Source of the DNA: Octopus sinensis
Taxonomy: Eukaryota
Assembly: GCF_006345805.1 (NCBI RefSeq)
Contig: NC_043010.1
Coordinates: forward strand, 28,272,001-28,336,000
Reading direction: 5' to 3'
Length of the DNA stretch: 64,000 nucleotides
The notes beneath the pieces were generated by a model. It was not told where the DNA came from. It made no database searches and was given only the letters and a program-made list of their open reading frames with translations. The stretch's first letter is position 1. Each line of letters begins with the position of its first letter. The translations under genes and the position numbers were made by a program. Shown in pieces: positions 55,638 to 64,000 of the stretch.

Positions 55638-55640
<3 letters not shown>
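53726..55640 (-). mobile_element. Full-length Tigger/pogo DNA transposon, 1915 bp
   Basis: 26-bp perfect TIRs CAGTCAACTCTCGCTACTATGCCACC; TA on the right, CA on the left inside a (TA)n tract; intact ORF. Confidence 0.95.
53943..55481 (-). CDS. Tigger/pogo-family transposase, 512 aa (HTH, CENP-B HTH, DDE_1)
   Basis: KRKRTEFTLKEKKEII, ASDGWLDNFKNRHGI, DETG, LDNFSGH and QPMDQGII; DD30D spacing. Confidence 0.95.
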   Translation of the reverse strand: MSAQKRKRTEFTLKEKKEIIDAAKNEPNQSKLAKEISKKWGIEVKRTTVKGILNKMDAIEAAINVGIPSKRMKLTQSHNPKLDDGVLMWLKQTRGQNLPVSGDLLKEKAIKLAELMHIPNFMASDGWLDNFKNRHGITLKTMQGEAGAVNSQSRIKWQQEVLWPLLRQFSANDVFNLDETGLFWQLLPNKTTAFRGVRCTGGKKSKQRITLLVGANLSGSEKLPLLVIGNSKQPRAFKNKEIPVKYKANSKAWMTAEIFEEMLHTWDGQLGQQNRKVLLCLDNFSGHPSDVHLDNIQMLFFPPNTTANSQPMDQGIIQNLKHHYKKLLLSRRLEAMDEGNEFKFTLLDSLHVARRAWEQVSELTIKNCFAKAKFIEEEIQIEPEDAELFEIWKALPPEEKTHENETIELFDFLSADDRLVTGGSFTLEEIAKEVMHNEEPVESEDDEVIVEEEYVSFADAQRAWRTIRKFTQQQSSGKPSVMQACDRLDNEMNEIRRKKMRQPTIFESFRFK

Positions 55641-55682
<42 letters not shown>

Positions 55683-55686
55683 AAGA

Positions 55687-55724
<38 letters not shown>

Positions 55725-55880
55725 TAATATATATATATTATATATATATATATATATAGGAGTTAACGAACATATATAATATATATAGAGAGAGAGAGAG
55801 AGAGGAGTTAACGAACATAAAAATGTATGGACAGAGAAACATCATTTAAATTTGTAATAGGGTATGATAGATATGTATAT

Positions 55881-55934
<54 letters not shown>

Positions 55935-56487
55935 CTCTTTCTTTCTGTCTGTCTGTTAGTGTATATGTATATAGTATTACACTATCATCTTGAATTACAT
56001 GCCTATACACACACACACCTGTAAATGTGTGAGTATGTGGGGCACAAATATTATCAGCTTGTATGCACAGCTTTTAGTAAACAACATTCTCAGTCACGAA
56101 TCTACGAACCAGCCATCTGCTATGTTAAACCCGTCAACAACATTGTTAGTGAAATGTGTTGATTCCTGTGCAGCCAACCCAAAACGCACAGCAACAAAGC
56201 CTTACCACGAACCGTCTGCACTAGCTGGTTTCAATGGTACACAAATGTAAATATATATACTCTTTTACTCTTTTACTTGTGTCAGTCATTTGACTGTGGC
56301 CATGCTGGAGCACCGCCTTTAGTCGAGCAAATTGACCCCAGGACTTATTGTTTGTAAGCCTAGTACTTATCCTACCGGCCTTTTGCTGAACCGCTAAGTT
56401 ACGGGGATGTAAACACACCAACATCGGTTGTCAAGTGATGTTGAGGGGGACAAACACAGACACGCAAACATACACACACACACATGC

Positions 56488-56545
<58 letters not shown>

Positions 56546-57189
56546 CATGTAGGACGCCAGGATGTGTGTGTGTGAGTGTATTTGTCTTTATATCGGTGTT
56601 TGTTCTTCACCACCGCTTTGTCATCCGGTGTTGGTGTGTTTACTTACATTCCCGTAACTTTGTGGTTCGGGAAAAGAAACCGATAGAATAAGTACTTGGC
56701 TTAAACAAAAATGTGCCGGAGTCGATTCGTTGGACCAAAACTCTTCAAGGCAGTGCCCCAGCATGGTCGCAATCAAATGTCTGAAACAAGCAAAAGATAA
56801 AAAGATGCAGTTTGAGTTGTAAAATAGTGAAAGTAAATGACGATAATAATATTCTCTAATTTTATGAACACTGGTGCCCACTTATATAATATCTTCAAGT
56901 ATACATTTTTCTTAGAATTGGTTTTGCATTTCTGGGAAACAGTTGTAAAGGATCACTCACAACGTATCTTTTATTCTCTTATTTGTTTCCGTCATTTGAC
57001 TGCGGCCATGCTGAAGCACCGCCTTTAGTCAAGCAAATTGAATCCAGGACTTATTCTTTGTAAGCCTAGTACTTATTCTATTGATCTCTTTTGCCGAACC
57101 GCGTAAAACACCAGCATCACTTGTGAAGCAATGTTGGGTGGGGGACAAACACAGACACACAAACTCACACACATGCATACATACATATT

Positions 57190-57523
57190 TGAGACCCCCT
57201 TAGGTCACGACACAGACCATGGGATTGCACCTAGAAAGTTACCCTCCCAGACACAAGTCCGGGCAAGGTTGTTTATGGAAGACCAGCAGTCGCCCATGCA
57301 TACCGGCCTCCCCTCTCCACGCCACCAGTGTTATCCAAGGGAAAGGCAAGGGCCGATACAGCTTGGCACCTGTGACGTCGCAACTCATTTCTACAGCTGA
57401 GTGTACTGGAGCAACGTGAAATAAAGTGTCTTGCTCAAGAATACAACACGCAGCCCGGTCCGGGATTCGAGCTTACAACCTCACGATCGTAAGCTCGACG
57501 CTCTAACCACTGAACCATGCGCC
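57190..57523 (-). mobile_element. tRNA-derived CORE-type SINE
   Basis: Minus-strand head GGCGCATGGTTCAGTGGTTAGAGCG..TCGAATCCCGG followed by a ttcttgagcaagacactttatttcacgttgctccag core. Remnants at about 45280-45400, 60560-60720 and 61610-61720. Confidence 0.8.
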
Positions 57524-57556
57524 TACACATACATACATACATACATACATACATAC

Positions 57557-58934
<1,378 letters not shown>

Positions 58935-58937
58935 TAT

Positions 58938-58979
<42 letters not shown>

Positions 58980-58980
58980 A

Positions 58981-59418
58981 TATAAGCGAGAAAGAAGCAA
59001 CAAGAATGGATAGGTTTTTAGTACAATCGTTTCATACAAGGACAGGCTTTATTAAAAGTTGTAAAAATTACAGCATATAAACGTGTCCCGTACTCATCAG
59101 CTAAAATACATGTGAGTTCTCTAGACATCCTAGTGGTTGAGGCTATACTCATGAAGTAATGTAGATAATTAAGTAACATAAACAGATTTCCAAAGTTCAT
59201 GAACTTTGGAAATCTGTTTATGTTACTTAATTATCTACATTACTTCATGAGTATAGCCTCAACCACTAGGATGTCTAGAGAACTCACATGTATTTTAGCT
59301 GATGAGTACGGGACACGTTTATATGCTGTAATTTTTACAACTTTTAATAAAGCCTGTCCTTGTATGAAACGATTGTACTAAAAACCTATCCATTCTTGTT
59401 GCTTCTTTCTCGCTTATA
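58981..59418. repeat. Perfect 438-bp spacerless palindrome, centre 59199/59200
   Basis: Arms read as exact reverse complements; the ORF track shows the identical 60-aa ORF on both strands. Confidence 0.95.
59293..59383 (+). ncRNA. Type I hammerhead ribozyme motif (mirror copy 59016-59106 on -)
   Basis: ttttag / CTGATGA / gtacgggaca..tgtccttgtat / GAAA / CG-at-TG / TA / ctaaaa; GUA cleavage triplet. Confidence 0.72.
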
Positions 59419-59532
59419 ATCACCCCACATTACTGTATTGTTAAAACAGTATAGTTTTTTTTGGTGCATCTAAGTTAGGTACCTTATTCAAGTAAATTCA
59501 TTTAAATTAACTTGAATCTTTATTGCTTTTTG

Positions 59533-59594
<62 letters not shown>

Positions 59595-60494
59595 GATGGG
59601 CTTTCACTCACAAGGCTTTGGTCGGCTTGAGGGTATAGTAGAAGACAATTGCCCAAGGTGCCATGTAGTGGAACTGAACCAGGAACCATGTGGTTGGTAA
59701 GCAAGCTACTTACCACACAACCACTCCTGCGCCTTTTGGTAATAAAAATAAAAATAAAAATGAAAGTGAGTCGAGAGAAAGGCTAACATATTCTCATGTA
59801 GCTTGAAAGAAAATCTGTTCAAAGAACTTGGTGGACCTAGGTGAACCAGTGAGATGTCTGACTAGAGAGAAGGGCTAAAAAATAAAAAGCAGTTTGTATA
59901 GATTAAAACTACAGGATGTATATTGTATAGAGATATAAACTACAACAAAACTGGTATAAACATTAAAACCGTGTGTACACATGTGCATTTTATTTAAATT
60001 CTTAATAATCTGTTTTGCTCTTAAAGCAGATATATCGTTGAAAGCCTGATAAACTGTGGTATTTGTCTCAAGACAGCATCTCTTATACATGTACAGGGTT
60101 AAAAACCACAGAAATATATCAGTAGCAGGTGGAAATTGTCCAGCAGCAGAAGTACCACTTGTTAAGTGTGTATTTCGGCCCTGTTGGGCTTTCATCAATA
60201 TAACTGCTTTAAGTAGGGTACGCAGTTTGCTTGTATATCTTAAAGAAATCTGTAATATTAAACACATGCAAGACAGCAAGCTGGCAGCGACGTTAGCACA
60301 CTGGGCGAAATACTTATTGATATTTCATCTGTTTTTATGTTCTGAGTTCAAATTCTGCCAAGGTCGACTTTGCCTTTCATCCTTTCGGAGGCAATAAATT
60401 AAGTACCAGTTGCGTACTGAGGTCGATCTAATCAACTGGCTCCCTCCCCAGAAATTTCGGGCCTTTTGCCTAGAGTAGAAAAGAATATTAAACA

Positions 60495-60555
<61 letters not shown>

Positions 60556-61099
60556 TGTGTAGCTTTTTGATTAGTGTATTCGACTTGAGATTGTAAGCTC
60601 GTGATTTTGATTTCTGGCGCTGCATTTTATCCTTGAGCAAGACACTTTATTTCACGTTGCTCTAGCCCACTCACTTGGCAAAAATGAGCTGTATCGGTAA
60701 TTCAAAAGGGCTAGCCTTGTCACATTCTGTATCCTCTCTCTTCCTCTCTCTCTCTCTTTCTCCCTCTCTCTCTTTCAATCTCTCACTCTCTCTTTGTTTA
60801 CTTGTATGTATGTATATCATATTCACTATCGTTTAGCTCACGTGCATATTTACACACTTGTTAGTAAATTGGGGCACTGATTCAAGAGTTTCAGGGTTTT
60901 GAGGAGTGTGGGACCACCTCTTAGCCACATTTCCTGGTATACACTAACCTCAAGTAGTAGCACCTGTCACGGCCACAGCTATGGGTTAACTAGCAAATGA
61001 AAGACGAGCCGTGAAAACACTTGGGAATGGTGTCCGAGGGTACAGTAAGCCCACTAGGATTGAGGGACCAGGGGTCTTTGTTAAGGTATCCTTCCAGAG

Positions 61100-61430
61100 C
61101 AGGGCTTCTCAACCGGGGTCCATATAAGATTTTGGAGGGTCCACGCAACAAATTAGTAAATTAGGGATCCACAATAGTATTTTAAGGGCTTCTGAAAAAC
61201 ATTCTGCTTTAGATGTGTGAATTGGTGTGTATTACACGAATCAGCTTGGTTTCTTTCTTGCATTATTTATAGTTCAACCTACACAAGTTAATGTGTGAAA
61301 AGCAGAATTAGAATTTTGAAAGAAGTTTTGATAAAACTAGCGTTTAAATATCGAATGGCTATGGGGGTTCACGAGAATAAGATAGTAATCAAAGGGATCC
61401 ATAGGTTAAAAACATGGTTGAGAAACCCTG
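61100..61430 (+). mobile_element. Second copy of the same hAT-type MITE
   Basis: CAGGGCTTCTCAACC..GGTTGAGAAACCCTG; internal sequence alignable to 26873-27220. Confidence 0.75.
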
Positions 61431-61789
61431 CTCTAGGGGAAGGTTTACTCGAATATAAAACCTGCTGCTCTGCTGAGTCTGATATACACTTTGCTTGTCT
61501 CTGGCCTTCTTGGTGTTGCTTGTGAGATTTGCTGTGGTATAGTGCAAGCCCCACTTGATTTGAAACACTTGCACAAACATAGGTAAGAGTTGTCTATTAG
61601 CAGTGGGCAGGTGACATAATGGCCTGGGTGTTGCACTCATGATTACAAGGTCAAAGGTTCGATTCCTGGAGCAGGTGGTGTGTTGTGATCTTGAGCAAAA
61701 CACTACCTCTCATCTTGCTCTATGATCATTTTGGCATCTGACATGTGGTACGTCGTGTACCCGTACAGGCAACATCATTCGATGGTAGG

Positions 61790-62613
61790 TTCTCCAACAA
61801 GAAGTTGTAGAAACGTCTTTCTTGGACTTGAAGACTTTTGAGCCGATACTTATGGACAAGTTCCAGAAAATCCCTGGCTTGACAGTGCTACTGGAGAGCA
61901 TTGCTGGTTCGGGATAAACTCTACAGGCATGGGAGTGCCGTCAGCAGGGCTTGCTCGAGATGTGCGCAGAGTGATGATAATGTTCTGCACACCTTCGTGC
62001 AGTGTCCGAGCATTGCTGACTGGTGGGTTGAACACCTGCTGTTGTGTGTTGGATGGATGCAGTTATCAGCTGAGTTTATCGTGAAAATCGCTCAGCCGCC
62101 CTCTTTGGCTGGGAAGAGCAGGCAGTGTTTCTTTGTTTGACGGCTAAAGTGAAAGAGATTGTGTGGTGGACGAGGTCGAAAGGGCTAAAGACAGACACTT
62201 TCCTCTTTGGCCAAGACCTCATAAATTTTTCCAGTTCCACTTGAAAAGGGAAGTGAGAGTAGGGAGGGAAGTGCTGCTCACCAACAATTTTGTCAAAGAG
62301 ATGGGTCAATGTAGCACGAATGACCTGAGTAAGTATGCAGTTCTAGATCAAGGATAGACGGAGAGGAGAGGGCACTTGCCCTAGAAGTCAAGATGATCAT
62401 GTTTTCTTTTTTTGTGGGGGTTTTCCACAAGCAGCCTTGAGAGTCTCCCTCTCTGGGGGATTTTAACTGTTATAACTTTTAATGCTTTTTCTTTCTTTTT
62501 TCTTTATTTTCTTTCTATTTTCCCTTTATTTACACGTCCCAATCCCACTCGTTTTGTATTGCCCTGTACCGTCCTCAGGCTTTTGTACGAACCCTCAGTA
62601 GTTAATAAAAAAA
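61790..62613 (+). mobile_element. L1/Tx1-clade LINE 3' end
   Basis: zf-RVT-like RDKL..CSRCAQSDDNVLHTFVQCP; ends aataaaaaaag before (ATT)n. Confidence 0.7.
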
Positions 62614-62635
62614 GATTATTATTATTATTATTATT

Positions 62636-63186
62636 GAGTGAGAGAGCAGTTCATGCCATCAAAGTGACACTGGGATAAAATATACGAAGCCCAATATACC
62701 CATCATGACTACACGTCTGATAAGGGTACACCAGGCACATGCATCACAACCATACGTGCGCGACATGATTTCATATCAAGATAAACAGCACATGACCTTG
62801 CACGTGGGGCCCAGTTAGAATTTTCTTCAGGTTGAGTAGCCCATCCCGCTCAAAAGGTCCCTGAATAAGGGTTGTTTAAGGATGTTGAAAGAACCACCCA
62901 TGTTTCCAGAGGTGAATTATTCAAACCCCAAAGAATCCCTCTCAACACATGGCTATGATGCTCCCCCACTACTTCTGCTCGTGATCAGAGATGCACATAT
63001 CGTCAGCCACTAAGAGACATGCTCAACTGGTTAAGGTCAAACAACTGACAAGCAAATCTGTGGTATTGAGCAGAATATTTGCTGTAGTCCATCTTTTATA
63101 CCAAGACAAAACAATGTACATGATAACACTTCCAATCAGTTAAGATCAGAAGCCATGAGAGCCACTGCCTGGTACTGCATCAGGGC

Positions 63187-63253
<67 letters not shown>

Positions 63254-63809
63254 GAGTGAGAGAGCAGTGCATGCCATCAAAGGGACACTGGGGTAAAATA
63301 TACAAAGCCCAGTATACCCATCATGACTACCCGTCTGATAAGGGTACACTAGGCACATGCATCACAATCATATGTGCGCGACATGGTGATCTCATATCAA
63401 GATAAACTGCACATGATCTTGCAGGTGGGGCCCAGTTAGAATTTTCTTCTGGTCGAGTAACTCATCCTGCTCAAAAGGTTCCTGAATAAGGGTTGTTTAA
63501 GGATGTTGAACAAAACGCCCATGTTTCCAGAGGTGAATTATTCAAACCCCAAAGAATCCCTCTCAACACATTGCTATGATGCTCCTCCACTACTTCTGCT
63601 CGTGATCAGAGATGCACATATCGTCAGCCACTAAGGGACATGCTCAACTGGTTAAGGTCAAACAACTAACAAGCAAATCTGTGATATTGAGCAGAATATT
63701 CGCTGTAGCCCATCTTTTACACCAAGACAAAACAATGTACATGATAACACTTCCAATCAGTTAAGATCAGAAGCCACGAGAGCCACTGCCTGGTACTGCA
63801 TCAGGGCAT
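62636..63809. repeat. Two tandem copies (about 555 bp, period 618) of an interspersed repeat separated by (ATT)n
   Basis: gagtgagagagcag..ctgcatcagggcat at 62636-63188 and 63254-63809. Confidence 0.9.
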
Positions 63810-63869
63810 ATTACTATTATTATTATTATAATTATTCTTTTTCTTCTTATTATTATTATTGTTGTTGTC

Positions 63870-63962
<93 letters not shown>

Positions 63963-64000
63963 CTGTCCTTGTGGCAAAATTTGAAATCATTTAGGCGGCG

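Noticed and set aside
57450-57523. tRNA gene
   Set aside because: The tRNA-like head runs directly into a CORE-type SINE body and has no clean acceptor stem.

Overview
AT-rich, microsatellite- and SINE-dense eukaryotic genomic DNA. The repeat families look like those of Octopus (inference; no search run). The only convincing host gene is on the + strand, 6227-34824, and the ORF track misses it because it is split into short exons. It has a signal-peptide exon (MMRKLFILACLVAVVF) followed by 16 short exons behind phase-1 introns. Each encodes one six-cysteine pacifastin-type protease-inhibitor module (C-x16-C-N-x-C-x-C-x2/3-G-x3/4-C-T-x3-C), usually preceded by a KR site. Fifteen modules are intact, giving a predicted 687-aa precursor; one (14031-14161) is frameshifted. 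Nine exons lie in a recent tandem array of a three-exon cassette (11141-22737), and one unit has lost an exon by deletion. The rest of the window is transposon-derived: an intact Tigger/pogo element with perfect TIRs, maT and mariner deletion derivatives, hAT and mariner MITEs, a Helitron-like tandem array, RTE/CR1/Tx1/R4-like LINE ends, Penelope-like pieces with long inverted repeats and hammerhead-ribozyme motifs, and many SINEs. All coordinates and alignments were read by eye.
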